A DNA stretch of 64,000 nt, from positions 41,230,001 to 41,294,000 of the forward strand of contig NC_042998.1 in the NCBI RefSeq assembly GCF_006345805.1. Direction: 5' to 3'. Under the pieces are notes generated by a model, which had not been told where the DNA came from, did no database searches, and was given only the letters and a program-made list of their open reading frames with translations. Of the stretch, positions 39,081-52,600 are shown piece by piece; positions within the stretch are counted from its first letter, which is position 1; every line of letters starts with the position of its first letter. The position numbers were made by a program, and so were the translations under genes. The stretch is from Octopus sinensis. Taxonomy: Eukaryota.

Positions 39081-39989
39081 CCTTTGACTATGTAATAAGA
39101 GACAAAAAGTGTAAATGAAGGGGTCGGAGCACTTTTCTTGTAGTGGAGGAGAAACATGGCTACTTGCATTATACAAGAGGAGGTGGGAGTAATTGTGGTG
39201 AAACTGAAAAAAAGAGAAAGAAATGGTGGAGATGAGGTGTCAGATACAAGAATGTGAGAAGAATTGAATGAAGACAGAATAGGAAAGGTTGGTGGATAAA
39301 GGTTGCAAGAGTGTATGGCATGAATTAAAGATGATGTAGAGATAGGAGTGGATCAATATAATGAATGGTGAAAAAGGTTTGAAGACTAGCTACTGATTAA
39401 TATAGGCTGCAGAGAAAGTAGGAAAGTGTAGGTGATGACTGGCAGTGCAGAAAGAGGTGATGAACAGCAGAATAGTTAAAATAATAACAATAATAATCCA
39501 GTAAGCTGGGGAAGGCTGTGAGAAAGGGAGCTGCCATGTGGGTGGGTAGGTTGCAAGAATATGAGGGTAGGGACAGGTGTAATGCATAAGGAGAGTGAGA
39601 GATGTATGGTAGGGCAAGTCAACTGGAACTGGTTCACTAGAGAGGGAAAGGTAGTTTGGTAGCACAGAGGGCTGATCCATGTAAAATGTGAGTTGAGTGG
39701 GACAATGTTAAGAATGAAGGATGGATGTCAAGTCTGCATATTTTTATTAAAGGAGAAATAAGCATCTGTTTTTCTAACTCAAGTCTACAGCCACTAATGC
39801 CATTTCCTGAATGGTCACTTAGGTGTAGATATTTCTACTCATCTGCCTAAGCAGTCCATAGTATTTAGTTGCTTGTGTTGTTTGCTACTCATTCACCTGG
39901 CAAACCTAAATGTTTATTTCTTGTCAGTTTACCAGACATAATTTTTTATTGTGTATACTTATTGTTTGCATTGACTGCACAGTATCAAT

Positions 39990-40210
39990 ATCCTACTTTC
40001 ATTTCTGCTCTCTACCACTTTCCAGGAGCAATCATTACAAATGCTAGGTATAACAATTTTTGATAATTTTTTTGTGGTAACCAACACTGAATCTCAAAGA
40101 CTAATCCTTCTCCTGAGAACTAGAAACTACTTCAGCTCTGAACAGCTACTAGCCCAGTGCAAGACATGTTTTATTGGAGTATTACATATATATCTGCATG
40201 CAGTAAATAC
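39990..40210 (+). mobile_element. CR1/L2-like LINE RT relic
   Basis: LLRTRNYFSSEQLLAQCK (cf. L.RAR.YF..EQLL.LYK). Confidence 0.6.
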
Positions 40211-42197
40211 CATACACACAATCATTTTATTCCACATAAAAATAATAGCCCATTTAATTGATTGACAAATGCGTATTGTACTACCAGCACTACTAGCACA
40301 GTGTCTTCTACTGTCTTCTCCAGTGAACTACTAAATTTGTTCCTGCTCCTCTGTACTAACAAGTTGTGTACCACCCAATTCACTTCCCTACAACCATAAA
40401 AATCATATTTAAATAATACAAGATACACGAAAAATATAGCAAGCAATTTAGTATTCTTTTTCAATTTTAAATTTACAGATTTAAGCTTACAATAATACTT
40501 CTTAGGAACTAATTTTGGTAAAACAAATATGAAAGGGTATTATTCATGTTCTATAAAGAATTATAAAAATGAAGAAAGTTGGTGCATTATGAAATTGCAT
40601 CAAGGAATAGATATTATATTAGCTTCATTCAATATTACACAAAAATGGGATATAATATTCTATTAACAGATTGAGATTTATGTAAAAGATCAACAGTGTA
40701 GTTGTTTCTTTCCCTAGCTCTTTATTGGAATTTTGTGTTACAAAAGTAAGTTAACATGTTAAAAAATATTACTGAATTAGACAGAGTTAAGTGAAGTGAA
40801 TATTATGATGATGTTTATTTGGTGGATTGGGTCAACTGGATAACATATGTATGATTATGTATAAAAAGCAACATTTCTTAAAGAAATTTACGATATTTCT
40901 TAAAAAGACCAAGTATATCTAAAAGCTAAAATTTAATTTTTGTTTTGTCTCTCTTAAAACACTGCTTCAGCAAAACTAAAACATTTTCATTGTGGGCCAC
41001 TCTCTAATTCATAAAAGTTGCTCGTCTGATAAATCTTACATCATAAAAAATTTTACTTCCTCCCACTTTTCAAAAAATAAACCTTCTTTATGCCGTTTCC
41101 AATCTCTGATTTAGTTATTTGTTTTGTAGAATAGAACAAGCATCCAGATTTAGACTTACGTCTTCCTAAATTTTTGTCTGTTTCTTTTTTCTCTTATTTT
41201 TCTCACAGATGAATTCTGTAACAAATAAAAGCTGCCGAAAGCTGATACCACAGCTTAAGTTATCCATAGATATTTTTTGTTGTTATTTAAAGGATGCATT
41301 TGTATGTTACCATGTGCTCATCAATCAAAACCTTTCTTTGTACTACAAAACCTAATTTGTCATTTCTACAATATGAGGGATACCAGATAATTACAACTCT
41401 AACAAAGCTTCCACATACATACACACACACAAAATCAACAAAGAAAATATAAAAATACACATCATCATTTATTGAGCTTGGCTGATTCCTTTGAAACCAA
41501 CAAATTTGATTGGCATTATTATGACACATACTAATTGCTAATTCTCTTATTCTCTTTAGTTATTGTAATTTCATCTGAAACTTTTTCACAAAGTAGTATA
41601 AGAACTAAATGACGACCCAAAAGAAATACTTTTTCTCTCAAAATGGATATTATATATCACCATTCCTTTCTATTATATAATCACCATTCTTATTTAACCA
41701 ACAGAATCACAGACCATACATTTTAGCAAACTAATTTAAGTGATGCAGTTGTCTAAAATTAGATTTTTTTAAATTGAATTTGCTAACCTTGAAAAAATAT
41801 CTGAATTGAGGATGATGATCCTGTGTAAATATAATACACAGTACATAAACTATTCCTTCTACAAAATCTAGGATTCATGTCACCGATTCTTTGATGAAAG
41901 AGTAAACAGTAATTCTACCATTGTTCACTCAGCTTCCAGCATTGTAGGATCAGTTAAACAAGTACCAATAATATACTGACTGAAATCTGCTCAATTGTCT
42001 GTATTCTTATCATTACAAACATTGATCTGATATCCATTTTTTACACCATTCAGACTATTAAAATGAAATATGTTTCAAAGAATGCAAATATATTTTGTAA
42101 ATAGAATTTTTATATTATTTCTCGTTTCTTTATATATTTGTTTATTTCATTGTCGTTACACTTCACATGACAGCTGTGTAAAATATGTTTCTTTTAC

Positions 42198-42202
<5 letters not shown>

Positions 42203-42228
<26 letters not shown>
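42203..42228. repeat. (TA)n microsatellite
   Basis: Directly visible. Confidence 0.95.
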
Positions 42229-42232
<4 letters not shown>

Positions 42233-44009
42233 TACTTTATGATATGTAAGCTAATGTTGAATTAAGATTATGTTTAATAGCCAACTTACTGTTTATAAAG
42301 TTTTCTTCTAAATGCTTCTCAGTAAGCAGCAAGACCTGTTGAGATTCTAATATCCATGATTGATTTGATTTTATATTCATAGAACATTCACAACACTTAT
42401 AACACCACTTCCCAACACCATCTTCAAATTGGGAGTTTCCATTTCTATAAATGAATTGGCTACTTGTTAATTCAAGTGATTAGCTTCATCAAAGTACTAA
42501 CTGTAACCATGGTTACTACATATCATCTTAGTAACTTTACCACCACATTTTTTTCCCAACAAAGCTCTGTTATTTCCCCAACGAAGTGAGAGATTTTTTT
42601 TTATTGCTACAAAATAGCAACACCTACATGCACAAAGAAGATAATTTAAAGGTCTTGTTGATTGATTCTGTGGTGCAATTTTAATACATTTATTTGGTCA
42701 TTGGCAGGTATGTACTTCTGCATGCATGTGCATACATACACATCATGTATTCTACATTTTTTTTCTGTGTGGAATACATGATGTTTGGGGTTTAGTTGTT
42801 TTTAGGTTTTCATGTCAGAACATTTTTTATAAACACTATTTTGTGGAAAACATTCTTATTTTTAAACAAGCATGCACACAAAATAAACCTCTGTCTTGTA
42901 TTCTAGTTCTTTTGAAGGATTGTGGTTTTAAACAGATGAGAAATTATAACACTTGGTACTTGTCTCTATTTCTTATTTACATTAGAAATAGAGACAATCC
43001 CTATACATGGAACAGCCACAACATTTATGAATACAAAATGAATTCTAGAATTTCATTTACCAAAGTGAAATATCTTAATTAAAAATGTGAAAGTCATCAC
43101 AATAATATTAACAGTGGTAATTTAATATATTTAGATTACAATTTTTAGAAAATGTAACCAACAAAAACCAGACAACTCCTTTGCAAAAAAAAAAAGAACT
43201 AACAAAACTATAGTGGAAGATTCCCTGATATTATTGCTAAAATAAAATGACTAATTATTCAAAAGTGTCTGTTTTACATGAAACTTAATATACAAACATT
43301 CTACTGATAAATAGCATGGAGAAACTACTAACTGAATAAAGTAAAAAGATTAAGTATTTACAAAAGTAGGCTTTGTATTGGAGGATATCTACCTCCATTC
43401 CTACTCTATCATTTTGCATCATTGACATATCAATTTCTGCAACTTTATTCTCATAGCACTATTTCATATCCTTCTAGACAACTTTATTGGCACCTATTTT
43501 TCAGGGAAGAATGAAAGAAAAAAATTATGGTTGGAGTTTATGGTGAGAAACTTGGGTGGCATGAGCAATAATAGTATATATGAATAACACTTAGAAATCT
43601 GTGAATATATCATAGGTGAGACTATCAAAGTTATAATTAAAATAGTTTAAGAATAACTAACAGTTATATGATTTATTAATTAATAAGTAGCAATGAAATA
43701 TTATAATTATATAAATGTTTCTCAAACTATCAAAGAAGCCTCTGTGGTCATCTGATAGAAACAGGCGCCAATTTTACTCCCATCACCTCCTCCTCTTCTT
43801 CTTTTCTTCAGTAAGCAACTACAACTAGCATATGCCTCACAATATTGCACCAGGAATCTGTTCCCAATTACCTTTGTTAGATATTCAATTTCATGTTGTA
43901 TTAACCCCCAACCTAGCAGATATATTGCTGGGATTAATAACTTAAATTAAAAAATACAAAAATTGAAATTGTTTTATGTTGTGTATTCATGTCAACAACA
44001 TCAATGTAT

Positions 44010-44420
44010 TTTGAATGGTCTTTGTCCTCTGTTAGAGTTACAAGTCCCCAAAATATAATATCCACTATGGCCTGTTGTTCAGCACTATAGCCATAGTAGC
44101 AAAACCTTCCCTATGTTGAGCAGTAATACTAGAAATGAGTAGAATGTGTTTATAAATCTTTCTTCGGTCTTGTGCTCACACTGAGTTGTTTTTGGCCCTC
44201 GTGAGAGGTCAAGGCATTATTGAAGCTCCTTCATATACCAGGTTTTGACTCCATAGAGAAGAAAGCTCCTTGTTTTTGAAGTGCTTGACAACTAGATGTT
44301 TCAAAACTCATTGCAAGCATTCTAGCCTAGTCCCTTGCATATAAGGAAGTTATTTTTTACTATCAGCAACATGGGATTCAAGGTTCTTGAATCTCTTTAA
44401 GTCGTGTTCTACTGTTGGAA
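44010..44420 (-). mobile_element. RTE-clade LINE C-terminal relic (same family as the 53-kb element)
   Basis: The minus strand reads FKNLESHVADSKK and LLYGVKTW. Confidence 0.65.
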
Positions 44421-44879
44421 TAGATTTCACGGGTGGCTTCATTGATCATCACAGCCCACCATCTTATAAAGAGAAAGGATACACTGCATAATGTATTTCA
44501 AAGTACACTATGTCTCAGAAAAGATGGGATGAACATTAACAAGATGTTATTTGTTCATATGTTTACTCAGTTGAGTTTGTCCTGAAGCTGAATGTTTTAG
44601 GGTTGTCCTCTAGCTAAACAACATGACTTTGTATAAGCTTAGTACTTCTTCAGCTGTAACTAAAAAGCCTTCAGAAAAATATAGATTCAAGCTTGAATTT
44701 ACCAATTACAATGTTTGGTTGTTACATTAACCCAAAGAAACCTCCAAAGATTTAGTATTATTGTATATTGAAATATGTTGAGGAAGATTTATAGTCATTT
44801 TCAGTGATGGAGCATTCAGCTTTTTGCTGAATGACCTTCACAAATTATTTGTTTATAGTGATCAAATGTATGTACCAAA

Positions 44880-45068
44880 CATTAGTTGACTCCATCCATC
44901 AAATCAATGTTGTCCGATCATGGCCTACCACACATCAAAGTGATCACAGAGCAATATGAGATTAAGTGTTTTGCTCAAGAACATAATGCACCACCTCGTC
45001 TAGGAATTGAAAACCATGATTTCACGATTATGAGTGCAACACCCTAACCACTAGGCCATGCATTCTCA
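44880..45068 (-). mobile_element. tRNA-derived SINE (V/Meta-like core)
   Basis: The reverse complement reads gcatggcctagtggttagggtgttgcactc...ttcaattcct...gttcttgagcaaaacacttaatctc. Confidence 0.75.
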
Positions 45069-45959
45069 CTTCTCCATTTTAATACTTTGGGAATTTTTTT
45101 CATTTTTCAGTCCAAAACTTTCTTTTACCTGTTTCAGTTATTTGTCTGTGGTTATGCTGGAGCAATACCTTGAAGATTTTAGTCAAGTAAATCACCTTCA
45201 GTACTTAATCTATTAAACCCTTTTTGCCAAACCACTAAGTTACTTGAGAAAAATCATTTGATTATATACCACAAAACTTTCCAAACAAATTGAAAGGGAA
45301 GATAAATAACTGGGGGAAAGTAAAGATTAAATACATTAGATGTAGTTTACATTGTGTACTTATTAAACTGTAATGGATAACAAAAGCAGAATAGTAGAGA
45401 AAACTTTTGACTTGTTTGGATACATTTTTAAGAAATGGTGTGGCCAATCGTAATTTGGAGAAAGTTATTGGTAGTTTTAGAAATTTTGCAAGTTTTTTTT
45501 TTTTCGTTATGTACCATGGATGTAAATATTTAAAACTCTTATCTAGTTACTGCACCCTAATTCAAAAAGAACATTTGTTTATTTGTTCAGACTTTGGTTC
45601 TAGCTTTTTCAATTCATCAAAACATAAAGCTTTACTATGAAATTATTCAACAAAGTAGCATCCTCCAAGTTGGTATTTCTATGGAGAAAAAATTTAAAGA
45701 GTTACATAACTGTTGAAGCACTAAATTACTGTTCTAAGATACATAATTCTGCATAAGAATTGGATTTATAATTTAAACTACATTTTGGACCTTAAACTAC
45801 ATATTGTACTCATAACATCGTTAAATTATGTTAAGAAGACAACCAACTGAGCAGTTTATCATGAATCAATTTTGAGTATTATTCAACTATTCATAGATGA
45901 ATCTAGAAAGTACAAACTTCTAACTGCACAGTTCAATCAGAAAAGAAAGCAGTATGAAA

Positions 45960-46266
45960 TTGTTGTTTGTTCCTTCTCGAGCCACGCCTGGCTTATAAGG
46001 GCTGATTTCCCGGTTTTCTTGGCGTATAGGTTCCCCACCTGGATGGGACGCCAGTCTGTCACTGGTGAGCTGCAAGGTGTAGGAGGAAAGAGTGAGAGAA
46101 AGTTGTGGCAAAAGAGTTAGCAGAAGTTCACCATTACCTTCTGCTGGATCTGCGTGGAGCTTAGGTGTTTCGCTCATAAACACACACATCGCCCGGTTTG
46201 AGATTCAAACCCGCGATCCCTCGACCACGAGTCCGCTGCTCTAACCACTAAGCCATGTACCTCCAC
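45960..46266 (-). mobile_element. Young, apparently full-length tRNA-derived SINE
   Basis: The reverse complement reads gtggaggtacatggcttagtggttagagcagcggactcg...gggtttgaatc (A/B boxes) ... gactggcgtcccatccaggtgggg...gaaaaccggg...aacaaacaacaa tail. It is CpG-rich. Confidence 0.85.
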
Positions 46267-46694
46267 TAGTATGAAATTAGGCTACCTCCATGGAAAAGAA
46301 AACCAAAAGAGGAAGATAAAGATACCATAACAATGTTGCTCAGCCAGTCTCTTAACTGAGTCACCTATACAGATAATGGAGTAGGGTATGATGCTATTTA
46401 GAAATTTCAAGATAATAAAAACATGAGCTTAAGACTACATTGTGATTTTACAATATAAGACAGAATGGTGAAGAATGATAACATATTTAGATTCTGCTTG
46501 TAAGAATTACCATGGGTATTATCCTGGCGTACAAAAACTGTTATGATATTAGTGTTTCTTAATTTTGTTGAATATAGTATAAATACAAGCCACTTGAAAA
46601 ATTTTATTCCATAAAAAGTTAACTTGTGATATATATCTAAACAAAACATGTAGCTTTTAATTGTCTCAAGTACATTAATTTTTTAAGAGTTTAA

Positions 46695-47100
46695 GCATAG
46701 CGTGTGATTACCAAAATTGCTTTATAATCAAGTGACTTTGGGTTCAGTCCCATAGCATGACACCTTGAGCAGTTGTCTCCTACTATAGCTCTAGGTCAAC
46801 CAATACCACATGAATTGGTAGAAGGAAACTGAAATAAACCCACCATATGTGGTGTGAGTGCATGTGCATAGGCGTGAGAGTTTGTCCCCTTTTCTTGACA
46901 TGTGATAATTGCAAATAATCATCACTGTCATTCAAGTAGTGTCCTTCTTCAATCTCCCAAGAAAATATGTTAATCTATGGGAAAATATTGTTTCTTGGAA
47001 ACAGGTGATGGTTACTGGCAGAAAGGGCATCTGTCCATTGAAAATCTGCCTCAACAAATTCTGTCTGACTCAGAATGGTGATAAGGATGTCAAAATCCTT
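46695..47100 (+). mobile_element. Diverged SINE: 38211-type head with an RTE-type tail
   Basis: gggttcagtcccatagcatgacaccttgagcagttgtctcctactatag head; ggcagaaagggcatctgtccattgaaaatctgcc tail. Confidence 0.7.
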
Positions 47101-48245
47101 GTGTGTGTGTGTGCGTGTGAGAGAGAGAGAGAGAGAGCACACAAAAGTGTATTTGTTTAAATTTTTTTTGTCTACTTTTAGGACAATTGTGCTGTTATTT
47201 TGTGTATCTTTCACTTGGGTTTCATTAATTTCTTTGATAACTGTTTTTAGTTTAGAACATTGAAGATAGTTCTAAAATTGTTTTTGTTATCTTTGTGGAG
47301 TTTTTTTTTTAAATGCAAAAAAAAAAGGGAAGATATATCATTGGATAAAACATTTCCATTTATTGGATGTCTACTCCTGTAATATATGAACATGTCTCGT
47401 TATGGTTGTCGAAGTTCAACTGCATATGTCTTTGTTGGCAGAAGATAACATTATAAAGAATTAGGTGTCTGTCTTTGTTTATTTGATAGTGTAGCAGCAT
47501 GTTTCATCATAGATTAAATATTATAAGCAACAAACTGAAAGATAAAAAAGTTCTACATAAACAAACTCCTGTTATTGTTTGTTGATTTTAGCTACTGTTT
47601 GCTACATTTATAACAGCAAGATTTTAAAATGTTTCCATTATAACAATCCTACTTGAAACTATTCTGCCATCAGCAGAATGCATCGTAACCATTTTCAACA
47701 GTTAACAAAAACTGGAACATATATATTAAGTGGTGGTGAGATTATTCTTGCTTCCATTATAATGTAACCTAAACAACAATTCATGTTGCTTCCCTACATC
47801 AAATATAACATTTCTATCTCTGTATGGGAAGATTTTTCTTCTATGTGAATGGTAGCTAACAACATATGGATTATGTGGTTTATCACAGCTTATTCCATTA
47901 TCCATTATTCCATTACCATGTTAGCATTTAACTGGAACTGAACCAGATCTACTTTCTTCTTGACATATTTTTAGAATGTTTAAGTTTGATGAAACTCCAT
48001 TACCAGTAACTAGTTAAATAATGCTCCACAGCCATATCAAAAAGGAACTGACCTTAATAAACTATATTAAAGTGTTCCTTGTACTCTACAGGTATGTTTA
48101 TAATAGACCCTTCCTTAGCATTCTTATTTTCCAGTTGGATTCTTTTCATCTTTATAGCTTTATTGACAAGAATATAGGGATTAGCAACCTTGTTACAAAA
48201 CATTTTTCTCTTTCTGTCACATAAAAAGTTTACAATAAATTTAAT

Positions 48246-48362
48246 TCTCTCTCTCTCTTCTTTCTTTCTCTCTCTCTCTCTCTCTCCTCCCTCCCTCCCT
48301 CTCTCTTCCTCCCTCCCTCCCTCTCTCTCTCTCTTCCTCCCTCCCTCCCTCTCTCTCCCTCT
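48246..48362. repeat. Polypyrimidine (CT)/(CCCT) tract
   Basis: About 115 nt of almost pure C/T. Confidence 0.95.
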
Positions 48363-49379
48363 TATTTTTTTTAAAGAATTGAGTGAACCATAAATTTGGA
48401 TTGTAGTCTAAATTTTGAAAATTATCTATGTGGAACAAACTTTTTAATCAGTAATGTCATTTTCTGAGCATTGTAGATAAAGATGATTTGAAGAGTGATT
48501 GGAATTCTATCATTTCTAACATAATTTTGTCTCAAAGTAAACACTGGAAGATAATGTCTGACATCATGGGTCAGCCCAAACATGCATCATTGGTTTGGAA
48601 CTTAAACTGTAGTCAGTAGAGCTGAACTTTGAAACTGTTTAGCTTTTATAGTTTCTTCTCTGTCAGTATCTATGATTTTCTATAAATCTCAAGAAATATA
48701 TTATGTAGATGCTGTCTTTTCTTTTTTTATATAAATTCTGTTAAATCTTTAACTAATTAATATACATATATCTAAATATTTATGACTACTCTTGTAAAGT
48801 GTATATTCTTAAGACAAAATTATAAAAAGCTGTCAAAGGAAAACACAACCAGCAAAATGCCAGGATCTTACTTAGGCCAGATCATTTAGTCTCTTTTTTC
48901 TCTCTTCCTGATGCTGGGCTTTATAGTTATAATCAATGAGTTGATTCTGCTGTATCTTATCAGAAATAATTAATTCATCTTCAAAATATTTAGTTTTACT
49001 ATCTCTGAAATAACTAATTAACTAGGTTTTCTTAGGTTTCAATATGTTTTATAGATATAACGGGTTTTTTTCAACCCCTTTCACACTTTGTGTTCTGTAT
49101 TTTAACAGTGTATTCAGCTCCCTTAGCCACATGCACAAATCTCTAACTTTGTACACCTGCTTATTGTATGATGGTTAGAAGAATAGACATGGAATTATCT
49201 AAATGTATTCGTAATTGACTGGGTTTTTTTTATGGGGGAGGGTTGTGAGAAACGAAAGAAAGTTTCTAAATGAATTTACAGTTTATAAATGATTTTAGCA
49301 CAGAAAACTGGTTATTTGAAAAAAAAAATTTAAACATTGTCTTGAATACTTTTGATGTTGTTATTATTATTATCATTGT

Positions 49380-49535
49380 CTTTACATTCTGAGTTCAAAT
49401 TACACTGAGGTTGACTTTGCCTTTCATCGTTTTGGGGTCAATAAGTTGAGTACCAGTGAAGTGTTGGGGTCAGTGTAATCGACTATCCCTCTCCCCACAA
49501 ATTCCAGGCCTTGTGCCTATATTAGAAAGGGTTAT
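49380..49535 (+). mobile_element. SINE (62812 family), 5'-truncated
   Basis: tttacattctgagttcaaattacactgaggttgactttgcctttcatc..gtaccagt..ggggtc..ctccccacaaattccaggccttgtgcc. Confidence 0.8.
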
Positions 49536-49536
49536 A

Positions 49537-49573
<37 letters not shown>

Positions 49574-49592
49574 TATTATTATTATTATTATT

Positions 49593-49636
<44 letters not shown>

Positions 49637-49670
49637 TATTATTATTATCATTATTATTATTATTATTATT
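49536..49670. repeat. (ATT)n(ATC)n(ATT)n compound trinucleotide tail
   Basis: Directly visible. Confidence 0.95.
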
Positions 49671-52600
49671 TCTCTCGAAGTTCAAAATTAATATACTATT
49701 GTTTTAATGAAATTTCATTATTTTATTAAACTATTTAACATGAGTTGCTTCATTTGGTTTACTAAGAATACTGAATGAGTTGCTTCATTTGGCTTACCAA
49801 GAATACTGAAAAATATGCCAGGGAAGTGCTTTATCCCTACAGTTTATTTATTTACCTTTCCCTTCAGGTTGCTATAACTTGGCTCTCTTCCACCTATCAG
49901 GAAAATGAGAAGAACACATGTTTTGTGTAACTTCTTTTTGGTAATGCATAATATTAATGCATAATTTCTTTTAAGCCTTGAGTAATGTTTATGTATTTTT
50001 CAAAAGTAACGTTGTTATTCTAATAATCTGTTTGTAGTGGAGTATAGTGTAAACTACTTCTGCATTCGTATCTTTTTAAAACTGTAGAGGAGGGTTTTTT
50101 TTTTAAGAACTATCAATGAACATCTGCTCTGCTGAATCAGCTATGTTGTAACTTTTATCCTAAGTATCTTGATAGATACATTAATCGCCTAAATAATACT
50201 TCTCTTTGAAGGAGATTTCTTAATTAACATGACTAGAAATAGCAAATATTTATCTTTGCAGGATGTTAAAGATTATAACAGGTTACTCTAGTTGTTAATT
50301 TTTTTTTTGTATTTAAACTAGATATTTTGTATATTTCTTATATGTATTTAGGACAAACTTAAACTAATTTTGTGTGTGTGTGCAAACTGTTCCAAGAGAT
50401 ATTTGTTTTATTCAAACTCCTCTCTTTTCCATGTCTGCAAATGTGAAAGATAACTATTTTATACTTTTGTTGATGAGTTTAGATAAGAACAATTATGACT
50501 TGACATCTCACACATGCAGATTGACAAATTACTCTAGTAATGACCTAAAACTTGCCTTGAACCAATTACTGCATCTATATTAGGGATTAGTGTGTTATCA
50601 AAACTGAAAATAACTACAAACCAAATTGATCCATGAAGACTTGGCTCAGCTCTAATGCTTAAGACCAAACAGTCTCTCATTTCAACAATTGCCTTCTTTT
50701 CTTTTATGTTACAGTGTAAAGTAGAAAAAAAATTGTTTTTATCATAAGAATATTTCCGTGGCACACATTGGTGCCCATTCATTATATTCCAATAAAATCT
50801 ATTCTATAAAAGTTAATAGCATTAAGACAGCAATCTAACAATAAAACTTGGTTCAAAAGCAAATATTCTGTCTAACCCAGGCATGGAAAATTAATTTTTA
50901 GAGTTGTAAGGGAACAAGTGATTTTGATTATTGTTCTATTAAGAGTTGATAAAGCATTATGTAGTTGGGGATGAGGAAGGGAGACAGGGAGATAGACATA
51001 AAACAAGGAATACTTTGTAAATACAATAATGGAGGTGGTGGTGGTGGTGGTCTTAGATGTAAGGTCTAGATTAAAATAGTGGTGATGGAAATAGCGTTAA
51101 AAGCAGTTGTGATGTTACTAGTTGTTATAGTAGTGGTAGTGACAGTTATGAGGGAATGGTAAGAAACAAAGCTATTTTCAAGAAATTCCATTGTAGATGC
51201 AGTGAAATGAAATGTTTCATCGCTTCAAGCTATGGCATCTCTCGCTAGCATACCAGTGACTGCTTGGTTTCTGTCTGAGGAAATTTAAGTTCCTTTTTGC
51301 TATATCCAAACATCTTAAATCAAATAATGTTCTTTAGCTGGTTAGAGAACTGTCATGTAATGAAGCCACGGCTCCAATTAAATTGCAGCAACAGATAAAA
51401 TCTCGTTTGTAAAAATCAACAAATAACTAACCCTCTTCTCTCTCTCTCCCTCCCTCTCCATTTGACTTGTTTTCTTGAAGAGTGAAAAAGAAGAATCTAA
51501 TAACCACAATTTTTTTCTGAAGGATGCTGTAAAAAGTGTTTAATCAGTCATATTCTTTTTTAACTATACTTCAAATCCCACCTCACTCTATGTTGACATT
51601 AAGTTTATTTATTAATATCTGTTATATAAGTAAAATTCAGCTCAATTTTATTGTAGAATTCCACTTTAATGGTCTTTACAAAAAAAATAGTAAGCAAATA
51701 GTTATCTTCTGAAATATATTAACACTAACTAGTTGCCCTAGATTCCATCAATTCATTTTGATATGACTAATTATCTTGCTTTGTGTTGAATAACGTTCAG
51801 TAAAACTGAAAGAGGCTAAAATTGAAACAACTCTACTTGGTTTTAGTTAATAAGCTGTACCAACTCAATTATTAATAAATGTCCACAATTCAGCTAAAAT
51901 TATATTATTATAGATTCAGACTATTCACAATGTAAATAATAAACAATCGAATTTACCTTTGGTTACTTTGATTTAATCATTTTTTTTTTTTTTAGTATAC
52001 TATCTCTATTTATAAGTGTGAGTTATGCTTTAAATTTTATTTTGGTTTCCTAATCGTCAAATCCTAAAATGAGTTACATATGTGCACTTTCTTGTTTGTT
52101 TATTTTATGAGAAATCTATGCCTTATTGTGATGTACTCATGATAGTGTATATAATTCATTGCACCTGGTTTTGAAGTATTTGATGCTTCTATTCTAATAA
52201 TCAGATTGTAAGCTCTTCTCACTTTATCTGAGACTATCAGTAATCATCTTAAGCAGCAATTTCTGCTCTTTGTAGATCCTTCCCCCTTCATTAATAAAAA
52301 AAAAATCACATCTGCCTAGCCCCATTTCCATTCAGATACTATTTCAAGCATTTACGTTTTCTGTTGCTCTCCTCCCCCTCCTTTCTCCAGTTTATTTATA
52401 ACTTTTATCATTGTGTTATGCTAGTGAATTACTGACTGTTGTCATTTGGATACTTCTGTTATTGTACATTGATTGAAGAAACAAGTTTCTCTATAGTTAC
52501 TTATCTCGTTTAAAGCTATGCTGCATTGCAACACTTTATGACAATGTAGACAAATACCCACTTCACCACAGAATTTAAAAGGATTCTTTATCATACAGTT

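Noticed and set aside
44500-44860. Possible mariner catalytic-domain relic
   Set aside because: Only a vague resemblance to the SPDLNP region, not supportable.
45995-46266. Functional tRNA gene at SINE heads
   Set aside because: A/B boxes are present but no complete cloverleaf or acceptor stem, and the sequence continues into a SINE body.
47680-47740. ATG-initiated mini-exon MHRNHFQQLTKTGTYILSG with donor G|gtgaga
   Set aside because: It ends in phase 1, whereas the next host exon should start in phase 0. No other support.
49456-49707. Poly-I/L/S and poly-N/D ORFs
   Set aside because: Trinucleotide microsatellite artefacts.
49868-49940. Strong acceptor tttacctttcccttcag followed by a possible exon
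   Set aside because: There are stops in all three frames before a credible donor. At most a pseudo-exon.
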